Source of the DNA: Candidatus Poribacteria bacterium
Lineage (GTDB): Bacteria; Poribacteria; WGA-4E; WGA-3G
Reading direction: 5' to 3'
DNA: 64,000 bases
NCBI GenBank assembly: GCA_965214095.1
Contig: OZ243938.1
Coordinates: 2,688,001-2,752,000 of the forward strand
In this document: positions 37,151 through 47,114 of the stretch, piece after piece
How the letters are laid out: each line of letters opens with the position of its first letter
How positions within the stretch are numbered: the first letter of the stretch is position 1
Made by a program: the position numbers and the translations under genes
The notes under the pieces: model-generated
The model's database searches: none
What the model was told of the DNA's origin: nothing
Seen by the model: only the letters and a program-made list of their open reading frames with translations

Positions 37151-38611
37151 ATGGAGTTCCAAATGCCTAACGACCAACCAAACGTCATCTTAATCACAAC
37201 TGATCAACAACGCGGTGACTGTCTCGGCATTGATCCAGACGGTCCCACTTGCCTACAAACACCCAACTTAGACTGGATCGGACACAGTGGCACCCACTTC
37301 CGCCGTGGATACGCCGAATGTCCGAGTTGTATCCCCGCACGACGCGGTCTAATGACAGGCACTGCCCCAGCAGCCAACGGAATGGTTGGATATATAGGCG
37401 CACAATGGAATCCACCACATACGCTCGCAGGCGAATTATCCGCAGCCGGTTATCAAACCGAGATGATTGGCAAACTACATCTATCACCACCACGCAAGCG
37501 ATACGGTTTTGATCACATACAGTTGTCCGATGCAACACATGGCACTGCTAACAACGACTATGTAGAATGGTTGCAACAATACCATCGTCGTAATGACTTT
37601 GAACCGGGTATGGCACACGGTGTTTCTGCCAACGGATGGGTCGGTCGTCCGCATCACCTTCCCGAAGAACAGATGCACACCTTCTGGTGTATTGACCGCG
37701 CCCTCAACTTCCTCAAAAAACGCGATCCATCGTCACCATTTTTTCTCAACATCTCCTTTATAGACCCGCATCCACCGTTGACTCCACCAGCACACTATTA
37801 TCAACGGTACATAGAGCGGGATCTTCCACCTCCTGTTAACGGCAGATGGTCTCTAGACCTTGACATTGAGGAGAAAGGTCAGAATCCAAATGCTTGGGAG
37901 ATTAACCTTGACAAGTACGACATGCAATGTGCACGTGCTGCCTATTATGGGATGATTAATTTTATTGACGATCAGATCGGTCGACTATTGCAAAACGCAG
38001 GTAATCTGAATGACTGTCTCGTTATCTTCACCTCCGACCACGGTGAGATGCTGGGGGATCACAACATGTTCCGTAAAACCTTTCCCTACGAAGCCAGTGC
38101 AAGAGTGCCTTTCCTCATGCGAGCACCTGCAAAATGGAGATATCCGAAAGAAACCGTTTGCAACAGTCCAGTTGGACTGCAGGACATCATGCCTACTATT
38201 CTTGATGCTGCAAACATTGATATTCCGGATACCTGTACCGGTAAAAGCTTATTACCCATCATGCAAGGAGATACTGACCGAGTGCGGGAATGCCTTCACG
38301 GGGAGCATTCAGGTTGCTACAATTACAATCACGGCAGCCACTATATAACTGATGGGAACTACAAGTACATCTGGTATTCTCAAACAGGTCGCGAACATCT
38401 CTTCAATCTGCACGAGGACCCGCATGAAACAATAGATTTATCACTTGAGGACGATGCGGAAACGCGTTTAACTCCTTGGCGAAATCGTCTGATTGAGTTT
38501 CTCCGCGACCGTCCCGAAGGTTTTACAGATGGGGATAGACTCATAGCAGGACAACGTCATAACGCGCTATTGCCAGACTATGATCCCGATGCTACCTATC
38601 CTTATTTGTAA
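37151..38611 (+). CDS. Cys-type sulfatase (arylsulfatase A family)
   Basis: PNVILITTDQQR, CIPARRGLMTG (CxPxR), GKLH, DPHPP, SDHGEMLG. Confidence 0.95.
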   Translation: MEFQMPNDQPNVILITTDQQRGDCLGIDPDGPTCLQTPNLDWIGHSGTHFRRGYAECPSCIPARRGLMTGTAPAANGMVGYIGAQWNPPHTLAGELSAAGYQTEMIGKLHLSPPRKRYGFDHIQLSDATHGTANNDYVEWLQQYHRRNDFEPGMAHGVSANGWVGRPHHLPEEQMHTFWCIDRALNFLKKRDPSSPFFLNISFIDPHPPLTPPAHYYQRYIERDLPPPVNGRWSLDLDIEEKGQNPNAWEINLDKYDMQCARAAYYGMINFIDDQIGRLLQNAGNLNDCLVIFTSDHGEMLGDHNMFRKTFPYEASARVPFLMRAPAKWRYPKETVCNSPVGLQDIMPTILDAANIDIPDTCTGKSLLPIMQGDTDRVRECLHGEHSGCYNYNHGSHYITDGNYKYIWYSQTGREHLFNLHEDPHETIDLSLEDDAETRLTPWRNRLIEFLRDRPEGFTDGDRLIAGQRHNALLPDYDPDATYPYL

Positions 38612-38741
38612 GACGCGACAGTGCTTGATCCGTTACTGTTGTATGTAGGTCAAGGTTTCTGTACCCTGACATACTTGTGCCGTAATAGAAAACAAAGACA
38701 ACAGTCAGCACCGAGAATTACAGAAGTATGATTCTGCTGAT

Positions 38742-38851
38742 AAGGATTAAGAAATAAATCCGGTAATTTCCTTGAGAAGTCCGGAGCGGTTAGGAAACCG
38801 CTCCTACCGGGTTTGGGAAAATGAGAATTACCCGTTTAATAAATTAATCTT
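38742..38851. mobile_element. Short REP-containing MITE; empty homologue of the element hit by IS4 at 54.8 kb
   Basis: aggattaa..ttaatctt ends; internal ggagcggttaggaaaccgctcc; colinear with 54818-54880 joined to 56369-56438. Confidence 0.8.
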
Positions 38852-38895
38852 CGTGAGCAGAACCCACCGAAGGGCAGTTTGTCACTATTCCGGTT

Positions 38896-39031
38896 TATAG
38901 TAAAATCTACAATTAATGAAACATATTGTCCCAATTGCCTATTCATAGAATGTCCGAGGCGCAATGAATTGCGCGACTACAAACGCGTTTTTCTAAATGT
39001 AAAGTGTATTGTTAATTTCAAATTTCACTAT
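38896..39031. mobile_element. MITE-like element with TATAGT ends carrying a family B REP
   Basis: tatagtaaaat ... atttcactata termini; central gcgcaatgaattgcgc palindrome. Confidence 0.6.
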
Positions 39032-39071
39032 AGTTTGTTAGGACAAGAGGCAGAATAAGGAGACAGAAACG

Positions 39072-41306
39072 ATGAAGAAGTTACTTTTGTTGTTAGTGCT
39101 ATTTACCTTTACTGTTTTATGTGTATCACCTACCTTCGCGCAATACGAACCATCTATGCAATTTGGTCTACCCGAAGGTGCAATAGCACGTTTCGGTAAA
39201 GGTGAAATACAGAATATGACGTATTCACCAGATGGCACGCGGTTTGCTGTCACTACGTCCATCGGTGTTTGGATTTATAATGCACAAACAGGTGAAGAAC
39301 TTGATCTAATAACAAGGGGACATAAGGGAAGAGTCTATGCCGCAGCATATTCACCTGATAGTAAAACAATTACGACTGTGGGTGAGGACAAAACAGTCAG
39401 ATTATGGGATGCATACACAGGACAACTCCAAAAAACGCTCAAAGGACATAAGGGCAGAGTTTATGCTGCCGCACATTCACCTGATGGTAATATACTTGCA
39501 ACTGGAAGCGCAGACAAAACAGTGAGACTTTGGAATGCTCATACTGGCAAAAAAATAAAAACACTCAAAGGACATACGGAAAGTGTTTTATCAATCGCGT
39601 TTTCTCCTGATGGTGCTATGTTCGCAACTGCCAGTGATAACAGTCCAGTAAGAATTTGGAATGTGCACAGTAGAAAACTAATCCATAAAATTACTGGATA
39701 TAGAAACATGATTGCCTATTCTCCAGATGGAAGGACGCTCTTGGTAGCACACGATCCAAATTATAATCCACATCGCCGACCAAACGCTGTGGGCGTAGTG
39801 GTATTAGATACAATATATGAAGTGCACATGTTAGATACATTTACAGGACAAGTGGTTAAAACACTTCCATCTTTGAATTATGTTAATTGTTCTGCGTATT
39901 CCCCAGATGGAAAAACGATCGCTATCAGTGATGGACAAAGGTTTGGACTGTGGGATGCGACTACTGGAAAACACCTAAAGACCTTGAGCGAGGGAACGCC
40001 TGAAGTCAAATCTATTGCGTATTCCCCAGATGGAAAAACGATCGCTACTGCAAGTTGGGAAGGTACAATGCGATGGTGGAATGCTCAAACAGGAGAAAAC
40101 ATAAAAACGTTTGCACGGTTTGAAAAGAATTACGGGCCTATAGGATACTCACCCGATGGAAAAACTATAGCAATTACTGATGGACGTGATATAAGTCTAT
40201 GGCATGCAATATCTGGAATGTATCTAACTACACTTGAAGGACATAAGGATTATATTTCTGGTTTCACGTTTTCATCAGACAGCAAGACTATCGCATCTGG
40301 CAGCAATGACGGGACAGCGCGGTTATGGAATGCAAATACTGGTGAAAACATAAAAACACTTGTTGGACATAAGAATCATGCCAGTGCTCCTATTCATATT
40401 GATACTCTTGTGTTTTCTCCAGATGGTAATATGCTCGCCGCTCGCAGTAAGGATACGGCATGGTTGTGGAACGCACACACAGGAGAAATCATAATGACAC
40501 TCAATGTAAAGACATTTTTTTCTAATAACATTGCGTTTTCTCCAGATAGCAAAATACTGGCAACTAGGTTTAAGTCCAATTCAGTCCAATTGTGGGATAT
40601 AAACACGGGAAAAAACATAAACACACTCATAGGGCATGTATATTCCTTCAGGTTTTCTCCAGATGGCAAATCAATCGCTACTTGTACCTACAATATGGTG
40701 AAGTTGTGGGATACAATTACCGGAGAAAACATCAATACACTTTTGTCACCGAATGCATTACACACCGCTGTTTTACATCTACATGGTAAACCATTCGCAA
40801 TTACTACCTACGAGGATAAAACATCGTCACTATGGGATGTTACCTCGGGGCAACTCATAAAAAAATATAAAAGACCTGGTGATAGTTTTTATAAATTCTT
40901 TAGATGGCTGCCTCGTGAAAAAATATCACGTTTATACTACGAAATCCAGTATTCACCGATCAGTAATACATTTGTGACTATTGCAGACCACACACCTGTC
41001 CGGTTGTGGAATATTACTACAGGGAAACTAATAGGAAAACCGTTAAAACATCTCAAAGGTGAGAATGGGTACATCCGCGTTATGTATTCACCAGATGGTA
41101 AAACAATCGCAACCATTCCAGTTGGTGATAATAATCAAGGTGGCACGGTGCGATTATGGGACGTTGCGACAGGTGAACACATAAAAACACTCAAGGGACA
41201 TTCTAACTGCAATTTTGAGTCAGTTGCGTATTCCCCCGATAGTAAAACAATCGCTACAGGACATCGAGATGGCACAGTGCTACTCTGGGACATCCCGCAC
41301 CGATAA
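39072..41306 (+). CDS. Secreted WD40-repeat beta-propeller protein
   Basis: Many GH...V...AYSPDG..IAT.S.D.TVRLW repeats; LPEGAIARFGKG N-terminal motif. Confidence 0.95.
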   Translation: MKKLLLLLVLFTFTVLCVSPTFAQYEPSMQFGLPEGAIARFGKGEIQNMTYSPDGTRFAVTTSIGVWIYNAQTGEELDLITRGHKGRVYAAAYSPDSKTITTVGEDKTVRLWDAYTGQLQKTLKGHKGRVYAAAHSPDGNILATGSADKTVRLWNAHTGKKIKTLKGHTESVLSIAFSPDGAMFATASDNSPVRIWNVHSRKLIHKITGYRNMIAYSPDGRTLLVAHDPNYNPHRRPNAVGVVVLDTIYEVHMLDTFTGQVVKTLPSLNYVNCSAYSPDGKTIAISDGQRFGLWDATTGKHLKTLSEGTPEVKSIAYSPDGKTIATASWEGTMRWWNAQTGENIKTFARFEKNYGPIGYSPDGKTIAITDGRDISLWHAISGMYLTTLEGHKDYISGFTFSSDSKTIASGSNDGTARLWNANTGENIKTLVGHKNHASAPIHIDTLVFSPDGNMLAARSKDTAWLWNAHTGEIIMTLNVKTFFSNNIAFSPDSKILATRFKSNSVQLWDINTGKNINTLIGHVYSFRFSPDGKSIATCTYNMVKLWDTITGENINTLLSPNALHTAVLHLHGKPFAITTYEDKTSSLWDVTSGQLIKKYKRPGDSFYKFFRWLPREKISRLYYEIQYSPISNTFVTIADHTPVRLWNITTGKLIGKPLKHLKGENGYIRVMYSPDGKTIATIPVGDNNQGGTVRLWDVATGEHIKTLKGHSNCNFESVAYSPDSKTIATGHRDGTVLLWDIPHR

Positions 41307-41336
41307 ACTTCACACATCCAACAACAAAGGAGAAAT

Positions 41337-41453
41337 ATGCCAGAACAATTACATGAACTGTTCGGTTTAGAAACTGATCCCATTGCAGTAAAGTTCCACG
41401 ACACCAGAGGAAGCACAACGCGTGCAAAAACTGAGAAATCAGGTTGTACCTAA
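41337..41453 (+). pseudogene. Truncated gene remnant (DUF169-like N-terminus)
   Basis: AAGGAG RBS; MPEQLHELFGLETDPIAVKF.. ends after 38 aa. Confidence 0.4.
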
Positions 41454-41463
41454 AGGAGATTGA

Positions 41464-42255
41464 ATGAAACAGGTGGCAGTAATTACCGGGGCAGCAAGTG
41501 GCATCGGACGCGGTATGGTAGAACGATTTGTTACAGAGGGAATGGCTGTTGTCCTCGCAGATATTGAAGAAGCACCTTTAGCTAAACTGGAAACTGATCT
41601 ACGTGCTAAAGGTGCGAACGTTCTTGCTGTCAGAACAGATGTATCAAACGCTAATGATGTTGAAAACCTTGCAGTGCAAACATATAACGCTTATGGTGCG
41701 GTGCATATCCTCTGCAACAATGCCGGTGTTGTCTGTAGTCGTCCTATTTGGGAACATACCATCGCTGATTGGGAGTGGGTATTGGGTGTAAACCTTTGGG
41801 GTGTTATCCACGGCATTCGAGCATTTGTTCCACGTATGCTTGCACAAGAAACCGAATGTCATATTGTCAATACTGCATCGATCCTCGGTTTAATACGTGC
41901 TCCAGGTGAAGGTATCTATAAGGTGAGTAAACATGGTGTAGTCGCTCTTTCAGAAACCCTCGCTGATGAATTGGCACAAAAAGGTTCTCAAATTCAGGTG
42001 CATGTGTTATGTCCCGGTTGGGTGCGGACAGGGATTTTAGACTCATCCCGAAACCGGACAGATAGTGAATCTCACCACCATAATCGCAATATGACAGATA
42101 ACCGCAATGTGCATGCTGAGATGGAAGCCGGCATGTCTCCTGCGGAAGTCGCAGATCTTGTCTACAATGCTATCCAGAACGACATATTCTATATACACAC
42201 ACATCCAGAACACAAAGCATGGGTGCAGGCGCGTATGGAAGACATCCTCAAATAA
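41464..42255 (+). CDS. Short-chain dehydrogenase/reductase
   Basis: TGAASGIG, NNAGV, YKVSK, LCPGWV. Confidence 0.95.
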   Translation: MKQVAVITGAASGIGRGMVERFVTEGMAVVLADIEEAPLAKLETDLRAKGANVLAVRTDVSNANDVENLAVQTYNAYGAVHILCNNAGVVCSRPIWEHTIADWEWVLGVNLWGVIHGIRAFVPRMLAQETECHIVNTASILGLIRAPGEGIYKVSKHGVVALSETLADELAQKGSQIQVHVLCPGWVRTGILDSSRNRTDSESHHHNRNMTDNRNVHAEMEAGMSPAEVADLVYNAIQNDIFYIHTHPEHKAWVQARMEDILK

Positions 42256-42671
42256 TCCGTATGTTGACTTCTAGTGGAGTGTCCATTCGGACAAGATTAG
42301 TGTAGACAGAACACTATGCACACAATATTCACACAAAATATTCGGTCATTAGATAAAGGTCATCTTTTAGATAGGGACTTCGGAGTGGCAAACTCTAATC
42401 CTGAGAATCTACTAATCTTGTAAATCCTGGTTCAGACAAATAGAAATCAAACCGTGAGAACTCAGAACAACTTCAATGTAACAATCACACAAAAGGAACA
42501 AGCATGAAGGGACTTCATTAACAATTCCAAGTCTTTAGACTTGGGTCAAAAAAGTTTGTATATTAATCTATTTTTTTATGGTATACTATTTAGACTGTTT
42601 CGGTGGTAGATGCTACTAACATCTACCACACCTTTAGGGTGAAACAGAATCTGCATAGAAGCAGTGATGCC

Positions 42672-43392
42672 ATGTATAAGACACATGAAATAACATTAGA
42701 TCCTACATTTAGACAAAGGCATTGGTTTTCACAGCAATGCGGTTATGTCCGATTGGCATATAATCATGCCTTATCTGATTTTAAGGTTGGTTTATGTAAA
42801 GACAATTTTCAATCTTGGCAAACGTGTCCGATTACCCAAGATTGGATGGGTAAAGATGTTTCAAGAGTTGCGTTTTATTGGTAAGATTATTAGTGTGACA
42901 ATTTCAAAAACGGTACATCGTTGGTTTATATCTATTACTGTAGAAACAGAGGACACCGAAGCAGTTGACAACTCAACGCGCCCTGTTATAGGTATAGATG
43001 TAGGTATCAACACACTTGCTACTTTGAGTGATGGCACTAAATATGAAAACCCAAGACCATTGAGACGTGATGAAAAAAAGTTGAAGCGTCAAAATCGTGC
43101 CTTGAGTAGAAAAGTGTATAAATCAAAAAACTGGTATAAAGCCAAAGAAAGCGTAGCACGTTTACATTACAAGATTGCCTGTATTAGAAATGACGCACAC
43201 CACAAAGCTACTACTTATTATTGTCCTGCAAGTGCTATCGGCATAGAAACCTTAAAAGTTGCTAATATGCTAAAGAATAAAAAGTTGGCAAAAGCATTAT
43301 CAGATAGAACATATCACTGTCCTAAATGTGATATAACTATAGATAGAGATGTTAACGCAGCTATAAATCTAAAACCAACTGCCGTCGGATAG
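42672..43392 (+). pseudogene. tnpB: TnpB RNA-guided nuclease pseudogene (frameshifts, internal deletions)
   Basis: HTH piece LDPT..CGYVRLAYN in one frame; LPKIGWVK, IGIDVG, IGIETL, C.KC...DRDVNAAINL in another. Confidence 0.85.
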
Positions 43393-43528
43393 ACGGGAAG
43401 TTACGCTTGTGGAGTCCAAATAAGACCTAACACCGTTCAGGAAAAGGCATGAGAGACGGAAACAAGAATCACATAGGGAGTTGTGTGCCAAAGAAGCACA
43501 CGGCTTTAGTCTCCGTAGTGAGTATCAC
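43379..43528 (+). ncRNA. Putative TnpB reRNA/omegaRNA scaffold
   Basis: ctgccgtcggatagacgggaagttacgcttgtggag..gaaacaagaa..right-end hairpin: typical position and sequence of IS605 reRNAs. Confidence 0.55.
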
Positions 43529-43529
43529 A

Positions 43530-44420
43530 CGAACACTACTAATTCATCCAGATATGCCCGATATTGAGAGAGAACACGGTTTCTCAAATATCAACGGTCC
43601 ATCGCTAATTCGCGTGCCAGATTGGGTAGAAAACCCTTTGGGTAAATACTACCTCTATTTCGCACACCATCGTGGATCCTATATCCGTTTAGCTTACGCT
43701 GATGAGATTGAGGGACCTTATACCGTTCATCGTCCCGGCACATTGCATCGTGACAACACTGTCTTTAAGGGTTGCGACCACATCGCATCACCCGATGTCC
43801 ACATTGACGAAGACAACCAACGTATCATAATGTATTTTCACGGCAATTATCGTGGTGGACAGGCAACTTGTTGGGCAACATCTGAAAATGGCATTGATTT
43901 CACAGCAACAGAGACATTAGAAAAACAGCAAGGACCTTATTTTAAAGTGTTTTGGTGGAATGGTTTGCCTTATGCAACAAATCACAACATGCTGAACCGC
44001 GGCAAAACAGCGGAATGGACGACTGTATTTGAAAGACGAGACGCGCCGCTCTTTCCCGGTGAACAGGGTAAAGGAAGAGACGGCACACCGCGCCATACAG
44101 CAAATCATCTTATCGGAGATACACTGACGGTCTATTATTCACTGTATGGGGATACACCTGAACGGATTTTGAAAAGCACGGTGGAACTGACGGAGGACTG
44201 GAATGATTGGCATGCCTCCCCACCGATGGAGGTTATCGCGCCAAAGTACGATTATGAAGGTGTGAATATACCGATTATTCCTTCAACAAACGGACTTGAC
44301 CGGGAAATGGTGCATCAACTTCGCGATCCGGATATCTATTGTGAAGGTGAAGATACATGGCTGCTCTATTCCGTGGCGGGTGAACAAGGAATTGGGATTA
44401 CAAAACTTCCATCTGAATAA
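43530..44420 (+). CDS. Five-bladed beta-propeller glycoside hydrolase-like protein (5' end disturbed by IS)
   Basis: NINGPSLIRVPDW..PLGKYYLYFAHH.G.YIRLAYAD, HIASPD, QLRDP, YSVAGE.GI; first 26 codons of the listed ORF derive from the IS end. Confidence 0.7.
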   Translation, partial: RTLLIHPDMPDIEREHGFSNINGPSLIRVPDWVENPLGKYYLYFAHHRGSYIRLAYADEIEGPYTVHRPGTLHRDNTVFKGCDHIASPDVHIDEDNQRIIMYFHGNYRGGQATCWATSENGIDFTATETLEKQQGPYFKVFWWNGLPYATNHNMLNRGKTAEWTTVFERRDAPLFPGEQGKGRDGTPRHTANHLIGDTLTVYYSLYGDTPERILKSTVELTEDWNDWHASPPMEVIAPKYDYEGVNIPIIPSTNGLDREMVHQLRDPDIYCEGEDTWLLYSVAGEQGIGITKLPSE

Positions 44421-44424
44421 GAAA

Positions 44425-45612
44425 TTAGTCTATTTCACTTGACAAGGCACGCAACCGATTGATTGTCTTTACAACTTCATCTGCGACAATATCAACTTCA
44501 TCCATCGTATTGAAACGTCCCAAGCCGAAACGAACAGCCGTCACTGCCAATTCATTCGGAATACCCATTGCAACTAACACATGCGATGCAGTTACGGATT
44601 CAGAATCGCATGCGGAACCTGTGGATACAGCAACATGCTTAAGTCCTGCCAAGAGGGCGTGACTTTGCACACCAGCAAAACATAGGTTTAGGTTTCCCAA
44701 CAACCGATTTTCAGGATGACCGTTGAGATGGATATCTGCCAACTGCGATGCTAATCTTTGGTGGAGGACATCACGTAATGGTCCAACCGATTTTTCTTCA
44801 GTTTTGAGTTCCATTGCAGCTTGACATGCCTCACATGCTGCACCCAAACCAACGATCCCCGCGACGTTCAGTGTTCCCGGTCGAATACCTTCTTCTTGTC
44901 CACCGCCATAGAATAGTGGATCCAAACGTGTACCTTCACGAACATAAAGTGCACCGATACCTTTAGGACCATAAATCTTATGAGCAGTGATGGATGCCAT
45001 ATCAAGACCCAACACATCCATACTTGACTCAAGTTTGCCAACACCTTGCACCGCATCTGAATGAAACACCACACCGTGCTTTGCAGCAATATCGGCTATG
45101 TCACGAATTGGGTTGATTGTGCCTACTTCATTATTGGCATACATGAAACTCATCAGGATGGTTTTCGGTGTAATAGCAGCTTCCACATCATTGGGGTTGA
45201 CCATACCGTATCTGTCAACAGGTAGATATGTGGTCTCAAAATCTTCCTTATCCAAGGCATGGCATGTATCAAGTACCGCGTGATGCTCTGCCGTGCTTGT
45301 GATGATGTGATTTCCTTTATCTTTGTAAGCGTAGGCAACACCTCTAATGGCAAGATTGTCTGATTCGGTCGCGCCACTTGTAAAGATAATTTCATCTGAG
45401 GAACAACCCAGCAGCTTTGCGACTTGATAACGTGCCTTGTCCACCGCATCTTTAGCGGTAACACCGAATGGATGTGTACTGGCAGCATTGCCGAAGTGTG
45501 TTGTTAAATAGGGCAGCATAGCATCAAACACTTCAGGGGCAATTGGTGTTGTTGCATGGTTATCCATGTAGATAATGTCATTCATACGGGTTGTCCCTTT
45601 ATTTATAGGCAC
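44425..45612 (-). CDS. iscS: Cysteine desulfurase (IscS/NifS)
   Basis: YMDNHATTP, FTSGATESDN, AHKIYGPKG, STGSAC. Confidence 0.93.
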   Translation of the reverse strand: MPINKGTTRMNDIIYMDNHATTPIAPEVFDAMLPYLTTHFGNAASTHPFGVTAKDAVDKARYQVAKLLGCSSDEIIFTSGATESDNLAIRGVAYAYKDKGNHIITSTAEHHAVLDTCHALDKEDFETTYLPVDRYGMVNPNDVEAAITPKTILMSFMYANNEVGTINPIRDIADIAAKHGVVFHSDAVQGVGKLESSMDVLGLDMASITAHKIYGPKGIGALYVREGTRLDPLFYGGGQEEGIRPGTLNVAGIVGLGAACEACQAAMELKTEEKSVGPLRDVLHQRLASQLADIHLNGHPENRLLGNLNLCFAGVQSHALLAGLKHVAVSTGSACDSESVTASHVLVAMGIPNELAVTAVRFGLGRFNTMDEVDIVADEVVKTINRLRALSSEID

Positions 45613-45662
45613 ACGCAGTCAATCTTTTTCAAGCACTACATATCTAAGCATATCTATATTCT

Positions 45663-46718
45663 CTATAGTCGTTCTCTAAACATGTCCATCATTCCATCTG
45701 GCGGATCGAACGGTAATTCAATGACTGTGTTGCTTATGCCGCTATAGTAGATACCAAGCAGCAAATTGAATTCCGCAAGGGATTGAGATAGGTTTGTAGG
45801 ATGCACCTTACTTTCATCGTCTAACCAATCAAATACTGCTTCAGTCAAATTTGTTTGGGCGACTGCATTTTGGTCACCATAACTTAGATTGCCACCTTCA
45901 TAACCACCCTCTGGTGTATAACGTTCCCAACTCTCAAACCGCCAGTGGACAAATCCTGTTTCACCAAAGACACAGACCCGTTTATGACGATTGTTACCTG
46001 TTCCAGGATTCACACGCGGTGCCATCTCTGGACCGAAAGCAACAGATGCCTGTACACCATTTTCATAGGTTACTAAACCGGTAGCATTCGCGGGTGAGGG
46101 TTGTGCTCCATCCAGATTACCTGCTCCAACTATTTGTCCCATTACCTTCACTGGTTGAGAGTTGTCAATATAGGAAGAGACTAATTGAAGAACGTGCGGT
46201 GCTTGGTCTACGGGAGGGTTGCGTGCACTTGCTTCAATGAACTTGATCGCACCAATTTTACCATCTGAGACATCACGTTTCAACTCAAGATTTTTGGGAT
46301 GAAAGTTGAGTTGTGTGTTGATACAGATCTTTGTCTTGGTACGTTTAGAGAGTTCATAGATTTGCCGCCAGTCTTCGCTTTCAACAGCAATCGGTTTTTC
46401 AATAATCACCGCAGGAACACCGTGTTCTGAAGCCTGATTCAGCAGCGAATACCGAATCCGTTCATTGCTACCACGCAAGACAGGGGCAGTCACAATGTGT
46501 AAGAGATCCGGTTTCTCTTTAGACAGCATTTCATCAAGATCTGTGTAGCGTGAATCTATATTGAATTCCTCACCGAAACCTTCAAGTAGGTCTTCCTTCA
46601 TATCACAAATAGCGGCAAGTTTTCCACCTTTGACATTATCGTAAGCACGTGCATGAGCACGGGCACGACCACGACACCCAAGAATCGCACATTTATACAT
46701 CTTGTTCTCCTTCAGCAA
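45663..46718 (-). CDS. Gfo/Idh/MocA oxidoreductase
   Basis: AILGCRGRA..H, EKPDLLHIVT, EKPIA. Confidence 0.88.
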   Translation of the reverse strand: MLKENKMYKCAILGCRGRARAHARAYDNVKGGKLAAICDMKEDLLEGFGEEFNIDSRYTDLDEMLSKEKPDLLHIVTAPVLRGSNERIRYSLLNQASEHGVPAVIIEKPIAVESEDWRQIYELSKRTKTKICINTQLNFHPKNLELKRDVSDGKIGAIKFIEASARNPPVDQAPHVLQLVSSYIDNSQPVKVMGQIVGAGNLDGAQPSPANATGLVTYENGVQASVAFGPEMAPRVNPGTGNNRHKRVCVFGETGFVHWRFESWERYTPEGGYEGGNLSYGDQNAVAQTNLTEAVFDWLDDESKVHPTNLSQSLAEFNLLLGIYYSGISNTVIELPFDPPDGMMDMFRERL

Positions 46719-47114
46719 AATTGTTCTATTTATCCGTATGTATGTATGATGGAATTACCAATCTCATACATCCGATATTATATGTGGATTGCACATTAAA
46801 AGCAAATTATATCCCTGGTAAATTAAAGTTTGTAATGCTATAGTATTTACTTGTCCTGCCATAACAGAACCATACAACTCTTTCTGATACCATGGACAAA
46901 ACATGCGTTCGTAGTCGCGCAATTCATTACGCCTCGGACATTCTTCACCTCAGTGTGAACCTATCATCTCAGAATAAGCACAATATTTGAGTCATCCTTA
47001 GACAAACCGTTTCCATAATTTTTGTCTTGATTAATAGTCATGTTAGGCAGTATAATGTTATATAAATTATTATTAATATTAATTATACTTTATATGATGA
47101 AAGGATAACCAAAA

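Larger units (their letters stand above)
42522..43528 (+). mobile_element. Degenerate IS605-type element (tnpB only)
   Basis: Left hairpin CCAAGTCTTTAGACTTGG (42527-42544); right end gaagcacacggctttagtctccgtagtgagtatcac; tnpB remnant between. Confidence 0.75.
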
